A DNA stretch of 63,975 bases, counting the filler, from Octopus bimaculoides (taxonomy: Eukaryota), in NCBI RefSeq assembly GCF_001194135.2. It is 6 parts of 6 records of this genome, joined end to end, with 100 filler letters (N's around TTAATTAATTAA, not from the genome) between each part and the next. Parts side by side here need not be neighbours in the genome. Positions count along the whole stretch, not along the records: positions 1 to 30,976 come from NC_068983.1; 5 more parts are not named here. One strand, 5' to 3'. Of this stretch, positions 12,586 to 25,480 are shown piece after piece. Below the pieces are notes generated by a model. The model worked only from the letters and a program-made list of their open reading frames with translations. It did not search any database and was not told the origin of the DNA. Every line of letters starts with the position of its first letter. The stretch's first letter is position 1. Both the position numbers and the translations under genes were made by a program.

Positions 12586-12785
12586 ACGCTCATAAGTATG
12601 CAATAACCCGACTATGGAAAATGAAGATGGTGAAGACAGTGACAATTATTGTTGGGTCCTTAGGAACAGTATCAGAAGGCATCAAGAGGAATATCAAGGA
12701 AACTGTAACAGAGGGCCCTGTAGAACAGTTAAAAAAGGTTTGCCTCCTTGCCACAGCATTCAGGATTCCAGGAGCTCCAGCAAAA
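12220..12785 (+). mobile_element. R4/Dong-type REL endonuclease 3' fragment, interrupted by (GATA)n
   Basis: HDHVGEVLH..WHEH..ILWNFPVQTDQALEHNRPYLVV..VDFARPFD then TVTIIVGSLGTVS..LKKVCLLATA. Confidence 0.8.
12508..12584. repeat. (GATA)n microsatellite
   Basis: Visible directly. Confidence 0.95.
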
Positions 12786-13333
12786 CCTGTGATAAAGAGA
12801 TAATAATAACAACAATAATATTAATAACAAGAACAACAATAATCATTATTATTATCATCATCATCATCATCATCACCATCATCATTACTATTAACGTTCT
12901 TGTTCTTGTTGTTATTGTTATATTTGCTGTTCACATGTCTTGTTAATTAGGTGTTATCAAATATCTGCATTGGGAAACTTTCAATTTGTTTTCAAATTAT
13001 GGCACGATATTTTCATCAAATATGCTGCTGATCATAATATTTATAAAACAAAAGCGATTGTTAAATGAAGTGGTTAGAAAAGAATAGTATGAAATGTGTT
13101 CGTTTCAGGTCGAAAATGTAATCAGTATCGCATTTCTTTCTTTCATTATTTAATTGATGTTAGAAGTGGTTTCTCTCAGCAAGGGTAACATAGGAGACAT
13201 TTCGTTTGCCTCAGTTTATTAGTTGTCAGGGAAGTTAAGCTGCAATTTACATGATGTTAGGAAAAAATACTCTTTACACAGTTAGTGCGAAGTTGATGAA
13301 CTATATATAACTTTCAGTTTATTTTCTCATTCT

Positions 13334-13355
13334 TCTCTCTCTCTCACTCTACCCC

Positions 13356-13445
<90 letters not shown>
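13334..13445. repeat. (CT)n microsatellite
   Basis: Visible directly. Confidence 0.95.
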
Positions 13446-13446
<1 letters not shown>

Positions 13447-13511
13447 GTTTACACTCACACACTCGCTCTCTCTCCATTTGCGTATATCTGTGTTTATATA
13501 CTCTAAGTGCA

Positions 13512-14720
13512 TCTAATATAATAAATGCGGAAACGAATTTTTGTGTGCCAGTGTGTCACACCTTGACTTCCTCTATCACTATTCAATAACACTTCTACTA
13601 TTCCTCGTGCTGGGGTGAGAGCAATAGTAGGCGTAGAGACGGGTGGAGGGTGGTGGCGAAGACACAGAGAGAGAGAGAAAAAAAGAAAGTGAGAGGGGGA
13701 GAAAGATAGACTAAGAAATTTAGCGAGAGTTGATGATGTTTTATTATAAGTAGTAGTGTTGATGGTGGAAGTGGGAGTAATAATAATAGAGAGGGGGAGA
13801 GAGCGGGCATATGAGAGAAAGAGGGAGATGATGTACAACTTTGTCTCTTTGAAAGAAATTCCTGTGACCAACTGAACACTATCATTTTTGTTTTATTTTT
13901 GACTTTCTTAAATACATACACAAACACACACACACATACACATATATGTGATACACTTTAATTGAAATAAAGGATCCCCAAAATTAAACATATCTAATAT
14001 AATAAATGTGAATGTAACTGGTACTAATTTTATCGACCCCAAAAGGAGCAAGGGCAAAGTCGACTTCGGCGGAAAACGAACTCAAAACCTAATGGCGGAC
14101 GAAATACCGCTAAGCATTTCGCCTGGCGTGCTAGCGATTCTGCCACCCTTAATATAATAGTATAATATAATAAATGTGAATGTCAGTGTGTCAGTGTGTC
14201 ATACTTTTTCAACTTTACTCCTAGAGGCCGTATCATACCAACATATCAACCCATTTTGGAATCAGGGTGACTCCGTGAGTTAATTAAAAACATTCCAGGC
14301 CGAATCTGGACTCACAATCCTGAGATTTTGGATTCCCAAATTTTTATTACTGTGATTGTTTGCGGTAATTTTTTTACGTAACTTTTTATGAGAAATATTT
14401 TCGTACGATAACAATTTTTATAATCTAAAGGCCAACGCTGTGAGTAAATTAAAAGCATTCCGGGCTGAAACCGGACCGACAATCCTGAAATTTTGGATTC
14501 CTATGTTTTCATTACTGCGATTGCTTTTGGAGATTTTTTTTACATGATTTTTATTTTGCGACGAATATGATCATCATTGGGATATGCTCGGGAGGAGGCA
14601 ATTTCAACAAATTCTCCAACACAAGTCAAAGATCTGTTTGTAGATCTTTCCATTCGGGGTCAGTCCCTTAAAAGCTATATACTAGCTTAAATGCCGCCCG
14701 ATACTATATACATATGTGAG
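13512..14720 (+). mobile_element. Possible non-autonomous Helitron-like element(s); two related 5' ends a|TCTAATATAATAAATG at 13512 and 13993
   Basis: Both starts follow an A and begin with TC, as Helitron 5' ends do, and both are followed within ~40 bp by cagtgtgtca (the second after removing the SINE). A clean CTRR|T 3' end was not found. Confidence 0.35.
14016..14149 (-). mobile_element. tRNA-derived SINE, family B (5' part)
   Basis: Reverse complement of the family B head; flanked by the 21-bp direct repeat taatataataaatgtgaatgt (13995-14015, 14163-14183). Confidence 0.85.
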
Positions 14721-14848
14721 TGTGTATACGTACGTATATATATATATATATATATATTTCCATACTGAGCTACCCGGCAAAATTGTTAATTATTAATTTT
14801 ATTACTAATTGACGATTCCCTGCCCTGCATATCTATATATATATATAT

Positions 14849-14941
<93 letters not shown>
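14849..14941. repeat. (TG)n microsatellite
   Basis: Visible directly. Confidence 0.95.
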
Positions 14942-14942
<1 letters not shown>

Positions 14943-15069
14943 ATACATCCATGCACACACTGAAGTAAAAATTATTCGCCTCGCTCCGTGTGTGTCAAAA
15001 ATGCTGAAACGTGGGTTTGTTCGAATTGAAAGCTATAACAAACAGTATGATTTGTGTATGTAATTTTAT

Positions 15070-17240
15070 TATTATTATGTGTGAAATTCCTGATTGTCTG
15101 GGTTTTTTGAAATTGTTTGTCGTAGGGCCTTATGAAATTATATCTCGAAGTAAATTTTCTTGTCTTCTAATTATCAAGTAATTTTCACACATCTGTATGA
15201 AATATTCCCCATACAAAGGTCTTTTATTGAAGTGATATGAAGTGGTCAGAATTTCGTGTTCTGTGGTTGGTACTCTAATAAAAACATGTTTATCTCGGCC
15301 AACATTTTGCTATACGGCACAGAGTAAGCTTCAAAACCATTACGTGAAATCTGATTATTTTATGCAAAGACATTGTGAGAGGAAACAGAAATAGAGCCCT
15401 CACTAAGATGAGTAGCGCTTGTGAAATAAGAAATATCTTCTCGTTTGGTATAACCAATATTAATAAAGACTTTCATCACACATGAGGTTACCAATAGTTA
15501 GTCTTTCATCGTTACAGATTTTTGATACACCCAAATTCCGTAAGAGCATAATGGCTTTCCTACAATCACTTGCAGATTGTATTAAGGAAAATTTATGATC
15601 TTTAGAGAACAGAAGGAATCTGTGATGCAGTCGTTAGCATTATTAACGCCACCTGCAGGATGAAGTGACATGCACCATGTGGATTGTTCTTGTAATTAAC
15701 GTGTTGTATCAGGATATATGCGCTTCAATGGCGTCTTTCGTAAACCATTAGGATTTCTATATTTCTGTAAGAGGAAAGTATATAAATTCAGCACCATTCC
15801 TCAAAATGCGCTGAAGTTTGTTTCATAATCATTTTCATAATTTGGCTTCTTGAATTTCAATGTTTACACCTAGCAAGCCAGTGATAACAATTGTAGTAAT
15901 TGTATTGCAAACTAGGCTCCTCGTTTGCAGTTATCTGCTTCTTTGTCGTATAATTTCAAATTATCAACTAAAGTTATCGGTAATATCACTGTTGTCTGAA
16001 ATTCTTAAATAGAAAGACTGTAACTGCATGGCTGATGCTAGAGTTGTCCCACAGTTCTTGTCGATTCATTTGAAACCTCCAGATGCAAATACATTAGATA
16101 TTGACAAATTTTGTCACACATTTTGTCACAAATTTTTTCGCAAATATTGCACACAAAGGCATCTGAAAGAATAGCCCTGCTTACTGTGAAATATCATTTA
16201 GTATGGAAACACATTTTCGAAAATTATGTTGATAAAAAACATTTATTGTTCCTTTCCTTCTAAGTAGAATTATACTTCTAGACTATGATATCTTTACTTG
16301 ATTGATACTTCTATAACGTTGTCGACCAGTAGGAAGAGTAATTCTATTTTGGTAGACATAATTGGTGTTCACTGACCAACACCTGTTATATTCAGTAGAG
16401 GTAGTAGAGGCTGGCATATATTCACAACAACAGAATTTTCCTATATATTGTGGCCAAAAATCTTGTTTAAGCTAGAGGCTGGCTGTGGGACACACACCAC
16501 TGGCAGGGTCCAACAAAGCTTTAATGCATCTGCTGTTTTCGCTAGCCACTACTGGGAGGATTTTCGACTCCTTTGATATATTGTTCTTAAATGCATCACG
16601 TACACAAGAATTGCCATCTCTTGAGGAATACCGCAGTGAATTTACCTTTCAACAATGTATTCACATTACATATGAAACATAAATGGATGTGTTTGTGTTT
16701 GTGTGTGTGCAGGTATGTATGCATGTATGCATGTAAGTATTATGCATATGTATGTGCATGTATGCATGCATAAATGTATGTACGTACATATATGTACATT
16801 CTTGCATCCTGCAATTTTGTAAAGGATAAATTGTACGTTTCCCATGCTACTTTCTCTGAGCTTAATTTTGTCCGCATAATTTTCAAAAATGTTGCTCTTT
16901 GATTACACTTCTAGTGAAAAAAGTACCAGATTATATATAGGTAATAATCTCGATGAAAAACTTCTGGCATCGTTGGGTATATATTTATTGCAAAGTAGTT
17001 TAATTAAGTACTAATCAATGTTTTACTGATCATTTATCAGTATATCAGATCATATTGCCGGTTGTGGTGTATCGTTATTACGGCATTTGTTTAGGAAGGC
17101 GTAGTGTGACCTTGTAAGAATTTTTCTTTCATTTTTCCCTGCCATTGAATCGTTTATGCTTTGTTAATTATACACTTCTGAACAGTACCTTCTGGGTGTA
17201 TGCGTTTAACTCTGTGTGGGCGTAAACACGAATATGAATT
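15070..17240 (-). pseudogene. Degraded reading frame, probable paralogue of the 470-3400 family (copy 3)
   Basis: Long protein-like minus-strand translation with stops; HFNKRPLYGEYFIQMCENYL (15186-15224), PYSKML and RKTPLKRIYP echo the copy 1 motifs; microsatellite insertion at ~16685-16795. Confidence 0.5.
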
Positions 17241-17687
17241 AGCAGTGAAATTTGTCAGCATTATTTCTTAAAACGTTTTATTTTCTGAGCCTCAATATTG
17301 CACTCGTAAAAGATAGACTTTTTTTACTTTTGAAGATCGATAAACTAAATACATGCACATTATCGAGACAGAATATAATCGATGCTGCAAAAAACATTAC
17401 GCTTCATTCCCTTTTTATCAATCATTACTATTATAAAGGTTATTGCTCAACCCATATTACTTATATTCTTAGAATAAATTATTTTAACAGTAAAATGGCC
17501 TCCTTGAATATACATTCTTACTCGACGTAACGTATTGTTTCAGATTAATTAAACCAAATGTATCACTTAAACTGTAATTTGCTGTCTTTGACCGCGTTAG
17601 CACATTTATCTTCAACTTATCGTTTTATACATTTCAGTATCTTTGTCTCTATATGCTTCAGTTTCTCTTTTGATATTATTCCAATCA

Positions 17688-20510
17688 TACTGGTCAAGAA
17701 ATTTTTTTTTTCTTTTTTTTTTTTTGAAATGGTGTCGAGTCACCAAACATCTTTTTAGGTAATTTCAGGGAGCTGAATCTGAAAATGACCTTACTTTTTC
17801 TTGGTTAGCTACCGTTTTTGCTGTACAGAAATGCCTTAATTTTCGGGGAAAAAAAGCATTTTTTCTCATTTGTTTTCTGTATATTTGTTATTGATCAATG
17901 GAAATATTTCTCAAAGTAAAATCGTAGAAACCTCTCAATTCATACTTAAACCAACAAATATTGGTCTGCTTATTGAGAAATACTATTTTTGCAATAACAA
18001 TCAGACACTCAGTCTTTAAAAATAATACGATTGAATATACCAAAACCAACAATATTTTCATTATATCATTAAATAAACAGCATAAATAAAGCCTTCGTGA
18101 ACATAAGAACTATGGCAAAAATTTTCTCTTTCTTGATTGTCTGCCATGGTCAATGTTATTTAAGTCCCTTTTGATACTTTTGATAGTCAGCCATCATTCG
18201 TTTATCCCACGGTCCCTGGTAGCGCTCTTCCGTTATTTTGATATCCTGATGGAATCGTTCTCACATCGCCGCAATTATCCGGAAATTTATCTAGATGGCT
18301 ATGTAAAAAAGTGAACCTTAATACTCATATTTCATATTAGCGCCTATGTTCTGTAGACTTTTCAACAGCTATTCCACTAACTCCTTTTAGTTTTCGGGCC
18401 GGCGATTGCCTAAGAAGTTTTCACCATGTCAACAAACGATGTCCAGGCGTGTAATTCCAAGTCATTTATTGAATTAACAAATTCATCGTCCTTAATGAGT
18501 TTCTTGATATTAGGTCCATCAAACACTCCTGCTTTGAGTTTTTCGGTGTTAAGTCTTGGGAACAATTTACATATATACTCAAAACGTTTACATTATTTGT
18601 CGAGTGATTTTAAATACTGTTTCATTAATCCCAATTTGATATGCAAAGGAAGGAAGATTATTTTTTTTCTTTGAGAATTCGCGTTGCACTAATAACGTTC
18701 TTTTCACTGACCTTCAACTCTCGGGATGGCCAATCTTTCTTTTTCCAGTGCTCCGCGTTTGCTCTACTGCCCCACATACACAAAACAAATCATGGGAATT
18801 TCATGTAGCCACTTTGTTGACCAAGCAGGAAATTTACCATTTTCAAATCAGCACATAACACCTATTTATGTTTGGTGTAGTCAATCTTTTCCGTAACCTG
18901 CTTGATAGCATCATGTTTTTCTTTCAGTGTAGTTGAAAGACCTATAAGTATTGGCGCATACATGTTGGTATTATGGAGCAAAACACATTTCAAACTACGT
19001 TTTGAACTATCAATGAACAACCTCCTTTCACCAGGATCGTATTTGTGGACGCCTAGTCGAAGAAGAACGCTCTCAACGTCATTGCAATGAACAAGATCCG
19101 TGTTCTCATTAAAGAATAGTACAAATTCGGTATCCTTATTTCGATATAGTGTTAACTTTGTGCCTTTTGCTAACAGGTGATTTTCGTTGAGCCTAGAGGC
19201 CAAAAGTTCTTCTGATTCATTGCTTAGATTTCATGGTTTCAAGAACATAGTGAGGATCATTTTCGCTGTGTCTCTCGCCTACATCGGTATCAGACTCATC
19301 ACTTTCAACAAGTTTCAACAAATTTTCGTGAAAAACTGGGACTGGCAAATCATTTAAATGCGGCATTGGTCGAATAGCGGAATGAAGACTGGGATTGCCG
19401 ATAGATCTGCGCTTCTTTTGGTTCAGTCCTGCAACACTGACTGAGCAGAAGTAACATTCGTCAGAGTGATTCTTTGGCTCACACCAGATCTAAGGAATAG
19501 CGAGTCTCAGAAATTTCCGGATACCTGAGGTCCACTGTCTCATTTGTTCCAAACACGTCCTGCAAAAAATGTGAGGGGCCCATGATTTGTCCTGGTTACC
19601 AAGCTCGACGTGAAGGTAAGCACGATAGGCTTTCTTGTAAAAGCCAGATATCGGTTTCCTATTGACTTTCGGTGTGAACTCGCCGCATGTATAGCAAAAT
19701 AATTTGGGGTCATTTTTGCATCCTCTCGTTAAAGCCATGTCATTTGGTATCTATCTCTATGATTAAAAAAAGAACATGAGTTGGTTGAGCATTTACATTA
19801 CACTTTGCGTGTTCACATTTATGTAATTTGATCTTTCCTAATATCCAACGGAAAGATTCGTAAAACTGTCACTAATAAAAATCGGAAAGAGTTGTTATGC
19901 TGATTCTACTTCGTATCTTCGTAATCCCGCGTGGAGGGCAGATGTTATGAACAATAGAATAGGTTCATTCAATTGGGATGTCTTTAGTTGGAGTTTTATT
20001 CCAACTATGAAAACAAAAGCTCATAATGTGCTTGGTTTCCTTCCGTATTGAAAGGATAAAAGTGATAGGATAAATTTATGAATATCAAACAGAAAATTTT
20101 AAGATTTCATTTTTTTTTTATGTCACCTTAATTTTCAGGTTTACTAAAGTGTATTACTGATAACGGTTATCAGTTATGTTGAATTTTTGGCAATAAATTG
20201 GGAAAATTCGGTACTTCTGTTCTAAAAGTTTTGATTCAAAAGCACTTTCATATAAAAATAGTTTATTTCAAGGGGCTGACATAAATTGGTCGGCCAACCT
20301 GAAAATTCATGGGTTTCTACTACCTTTTTAAACTAATTTTTGCGATCAGCCAAGATCGTAAATTGATCGTTTTTCCAAAATTGAGCAATTTCAGTACAGC
20401 AAAAACGGTAGTTAACCATGAAAAACTAAGGTCATTTGCAGAATCAGCACTATCAAATAAGCTAAAAAACGTATTTTGTTTCTTGGCACAAAAAATCGTG
20501 TTGACCAATG
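17688..20510 (-). mobile_element. Chapaev3-type (CMC superfamily) DNA transposon, near full length, transposase pseudogenised
   Basis: Transposase from ATG 19738 to ~18170: CYTCGEFT..LGNQDKSWAPH..C..C, LFIDSSKRSLKCVLLHN, LPLHIKLGLMKQ, KAGVFDGPNI. Imperfect terminal inverted repeats of ~150 bp (17688-17850 vs 20370-20510; shared core gtacagcaaaaacggtag.taacca.gaaaaa.taaggtcattt) with (C)ACTGGTCAA / TTGACCAATG ends; flanks tca/tta are compatible with a TWA TSD. Confidence 0.85.
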
Positions 20511-22291
20511 TTATTTGCATCACATCTGCTGTACACGTGGAAATACAGATACTTTCACTCAATAGTAAATATGTCGCAATTCAAAACGTGATTACAGATA
20601 ATACGACCGCTATACACACATGTATAGTCAAATAAATCGAGACAAAACATACACGCGCACACGCACGCGCACACGCACGCGCACACGCACGCGCACATTC
20701 ATGCACACACTCACAACAAACAAACACATACTCACATAACAAGAGGCTGGATGTGAACATACGTCACCGGCAATGTCCAACTAGGTCATAATGCATTTGG
20801 TATTTTCGCTAGTCGATACTAGAACTTTTGACTCCGTCCAATATTTTCTTAAATATATCACATCAACAAGAGATGTTATGTCTAGAAGATTACTGCATGC
20901 TGATAGAATGAAATATTTGTAAAGGAATTATAAATTTATGATGATACACACGATGAAATCGTGGGCTAAAACTATCTTGCTATCAAAGACTTCCTTTTTA
21001 TCAATATTTTATATTCTACATCCTCATTTCAAAAATCTAAACGTTTTGGTTGTATTGTCTCGTGTGGATAAGACAACTATTTGACACATATATATATATA
21101 TATANNNNNNNNNNNNNNNNNNNNNNNNNNNNNNNNNNNNNNNNNNNNNNNNNNNNNNNNNNNNNNNNNNNNNNNNNNNNNNNNNNNNNNNNNNNNNNNN
21201 NNNNNNNNNNNNNNNNNNNNNNNNNNNNNNNNNNNNNNNNNNNNNNNNAAACGTTCAAATTAATTTTCTTCTATGAGCATCTGTGCTCTTCTACTGCCAT
21301 AAAACAAATCGCCAACTTGACACAATCTCCACACCTTATATGAGTAGAAAGATTGTAGAGATAATATTTGCATAGGAAGACTCTAGTTTCGATACATCCC
21401 ATTTCATCTGAAATGTCTTCAATGAAAGACATGAAATATTACACTTCATACTCAGACGTTGCTTTTCTTTATGTTTTTTTTTTTTTTAATTTTCTACAGG
21501 AAACCAAATTCTCCTTTTGCTCGTTGTTCCGTTTCTGCATGAACATACTTGGTTACGATCTTCCAAGAAGAAAATTCATACGCATCACCTTGTCACAAAT
21601 GTAGACTTCTGAAAGGGAATCCAATGAAAATGAAAACTTTTGTTAGCTTATACATAAGTGTAACAAACATTCAGCCGAACAGTTGTTACCAAAGTAAAAT
21701 AAATCTTTGCCGAGATGAAATTACATAGAATGATATATACAGATATGTTAATAATGCACTCAGAACAAATTCATTAACGCTTTACTAAGAAAATTGTATG
21801 TATACTTAGTTTAAAGAATTACATTAAATCGATCCAAATGAATGACACTCAGTGTATTCAAGTAGATGCAATTAAGTTATTAACTAAAGTACATGCACTG
21901 TTTACAGTACCTCCTTCACTCAATGCGAATTTTATTCAATCATACTCTATAGTCATAAATATATCGATGTATAGAAATCTTGTACGTAAACTGAAGATTA
22001 TGATTTGACACAGAACGCCTCAGTTTATAGAAATGCTCACCATAAATCAGTCAAACCCAAATATTGTGGACCGGGTGCTACCTTATATTCTGGAAAAGAA
22101 ACACTTCATTTCTCGTTGCAATAACATTGAGACAAAATATCTGTCTAGCGTCTGTAAGCTTTTTTAATAATTCCCCAGCGACTTCCTTTTTACCATACAA
22201 CCTAATTTTTAGCTATTATGTTGTAGGTTTTTTTATGTTTCCAGGATATACTTCTTTTTAAAGAGTTTTTCGTTTTATCATTTATTGTTAG

Positions 22292-22679
22292 TGGAGGGGC
22301 AATGACCCACTGGCTAGGGCAGCGGACCCGTGGTCATAGGATCGCGGTTTTGATTCCCAGACCGGGCGTTGTGAGTGTCTATTGAGCGAAAACACCTAAA
22401 GTTCCACGAGGATCCAACAGGGGATGGTGGCGAACCCTGCTGTACTCTGTCACCACAACTTTCTCTCACTCTTTCTTCCTGTTTCCGTTGTGCCTGTAAT
22501 TCAGAGGGTCAGCCTTGTCACACTGTGTCACGCTGAATATCCCCGAGAACTACGATAAGGGAACATGTGTCTGTGGAGTGATCAGCCACTTACACGTTAA
22601 TTTCACTAACAGGCTGTTCCGTTGATCGGATCAACTGGAACCCTCGACGTCATAAGCGACGGAGTGCCAACAACAACAA
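22292..22679 (+). mobile_element. tRNA-derived SINE, family C, full length with 13-bp TSD
   Basis: tRNA-like head (A-box-like tgacccactggctagg, B-box-like ggttttgattccc), (CAA)n tail, TSD catttattgttag at 22279-22291 and 22680-22692. Confidence 0.9.
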
Positions 22680-23124
22680 CATTTATTGTTAGAGCAAAAG
22701 GAACGTACGTCGTATATCATTTCAACCTTATCTTATTTCACTGGAGGTTTCGAGTTTTTAATATCTTATATCTAAGACTTTAATCTTACTATACATTAAA
22801 ACGAACCTATCTATTTTTGCCTAGATAACCTTTTATCTGCCCTATTCGTAGAAGTACTGTGATGTAAATTAAATATATGTATAATGTATAATTTTGCCAG
22901 CTTGTCAGAAGAAAAAGCTTTATTTTTGTTATCAAATTTCATATGCTTAAAAAATTGATGCATTTTTCTAAACTTTTTGGTAGATATATTTTTTCTTCAT
23001 TGTAAGATAAACAACATTATTTGTTGACTTTTGAATAGCTCTTTTTTTTTTACTATGAATTTTGTGATATGTAGTATTTTGTTCATTAATTTGTGTGAGT
23101 GTCTTTTACACATAACGTTTTTTC

Positions 23125-23142
23125 TCTCTCTCTCTCTCTATG

Positions 23143-23233
<91 letters not shown>

Positions 23234-23400
23234 ATGAATGCATATATGTTTGTATATATACGTTGTACGTATACATATAAATATGCATACGTATATATGC
23301 ATATATATAAATACATATTTATATATATATATGTATATATATACATATATAAAGACATGCGTATGTGACTGTGAGTGTGTGTGTGTGTGTGTGTATGTTG
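23125..23400. repeat. (CT)n(TA)n(TG)n compound microsatellite
   Basis: Visible directly; further (TG)n at ~23605-23660. Confidence 0.9.
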
Positions 23401-23601
23401 TTTCACTTATTCCACTAGGCCTATTATATTTGTTTCATTCATATATTTATAGCAATTGATTTTATTTATTACATTAAACATCGATATGAAATACGTTGGA
23501 AATTTCAATGTCATTCTCAATTTTAAAAGAAAATGTAAATTACTTTTATATACATAGATCCCTAATTCCTTCATGTGTTTGTTTGTGCACTCGTGCGCTT
23601 T

Positions 23602-23663
<62 letters not shown>

Positions 23664-23741
23664 ACAGACATGGCTGAATATGTGTGTTATTAAATACAAT
23701 TATTGTGACAATCAAAACATTTGTTTCATAAATATATACAT

Positions 23742-24141
23742 CTTCTTTTATTCTTTTACTTGTCTCAGTCATTTGACTGCGGCCATGCTGGAGCACCGCC
23801 TTAGTCGAGAAAATCGACCCTAGGGTTTATTCTATATAAGCCTAGTACTTATTCTATCGGTCTGTTTTGCCGAACCGGTAAGTTACGGACACGTAAACAC
23901 ACCAGCATCGGTTGTCAGGTGATGATGGGCGGACAACCACAGACACACAAACATCCACACACACGCACACACAAACACACATGTATATACAACGGGATTC
24001 TTCCTGTTTCCGTCTACTAAATCCACTCACAAGTATTTGGTCGGCCCGAGGATATAGGAGAAGACACTTGCCCAAGTTGCCACGCAGTGTGACTGAACTC
24101 AGAACCATGTAGTTTGTAAGTAAGCTACTTACCACACGGCC
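23742..24141 (-). mobile_element. tRNA-derived SINE, family A (CORE-like)
   Basis: Reverse complement of 59751-60178 (tggccgtgtggtaagtagc..ggcaacttgggcaagtgtcttct). Confidence 0.9.
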
Positions 24142-24384
24142 ATATAAAAGAAGAAAAAGAAGATTCAGGTTGGGAAGTTAATAATTGTTTATTACTAACA
24201 ACGAATCAATCCTCATTCCTTATAGCTACTTCAGTTAATACTCATTCAATTAATTAAAGATTAAATTCATATGCTCTGAACGTATCTTCAGAGGGGGAAA
24301 AATATACCTACATACATATATACTATGATGTGTGTGTGTGTGTGTGTGTGCGTGTGTGTGTGTGTGTGCGTGTGTGTGTGTGTG

Positions 24385-25480
24385 TCACAGTACCGAATTT
24401 TCGACCAGATTATCGAATGATGTTATGCACCACTAGTCAGAAAGCGTTTCCAGTTCTGTCGTGATTGCACCATTCTTATCTATCTTGACCAAAGCTGCTT
24501 CCCATCATTGTGGAGGTCTTCTAAGTGGCTTTTTCTTGGATACACTCAGCAACTACACGTTGTCTGTGAGCCTTGCAACATGTCCAGCTGTGCGAAACTT
24601 AACGCTCTCTTAATGATATTTCTAGCATCGATTTTACCTTGCCACTTTGAATCTTAGTGATATGATTTCCTATCCTCTTCGTAATGGCCCTTACCTCACA
24701 TTCGCATAAGAGTGCAAGCAGAACGCTGCTATTGATGAGTTTGGTATGTATGATAATGTTTAATTTTATTTTGAGCACATCCTTTATTGAATTAAATGCC
24801 TTCAAGCCTTCCTTTATCTCTTTGAGATTTCAGCATCCATACCACGACGCATATTGACTATTTGCCTGCAGTAGACGTACACATTTACCTCCTCTTTGTC
24901 ATCGTATCGCATATCTATTCGACATTGTGCTAAGTCTTCTAGCTCCATATATTTTGCTTTTATACAGCTCATTTTAAGTCCTGCTGCCAAGCTCTGTCAC
25001 ATTGGTCTACAGCTGGTCTGTAGTTTCAGCGATGACTACAATGTCACCTGCGAATAGATGCTGCGTTAATTGTTCGCCATTGATATTCATGCCATCTTCC
25101 CAAGGAGAGGTGACGTCTCCTTGCTTGAAACCCTTTCCAATTGGTATCCTTACTAGCTGTAAGCGCAGAGCTATATCCCTTGTGCCTCCAGAATTCATCG
25201 CTGTGCAGTTACCTGTATTTCGCTTCGACATCTTGTATTTCCAGTGATTTCAATACTGTGTTCATCTTGACGCTATCGAAATCATTCTCGTAATCAACAA
25301 AAGCGATATGCAGAGGAAGCTTAAATTTGTTCAGTCATTTTATGAACTGTGTTTGAGAGAATCTATTTTAACTTCTTTCTTACGGAAACATGCTTGGTCT
25401 CTCAGTTGTTAATTGACGAGATGATTTGATAGTCCGGTGACTATGACCTATGTAAACAGCTCATAGTGGTACGAAAATGG
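24385..25480 (-). mobile_element. RTE-clade LINE, degraded RT and 3' end
   Basis: IPIGKGFKQGDVTSP..WEDGMNINGEQLTQHLFAGDIVVIAE (RTE RT QGD/FADD motifs, with an internal deletion); upstream IAFVDYENDFDS and downstream KRP..RPPQ-W. Confidence 0.85.

Noticed and set aside
21480-21604. Strong-looking splice acceptor (poly-T..ctacag) and a possible plus-strand exon
   Set aside because: All three frames hit stops, with no convincing donor or recognisable peptide; coding bias is on the other strand.
22292-22365. tRNA-like sequences (also at 59751, 57146, 49025)
   Set aside because: These are SINE heads continuing into SINE bodies and tails, not tRNA genes.
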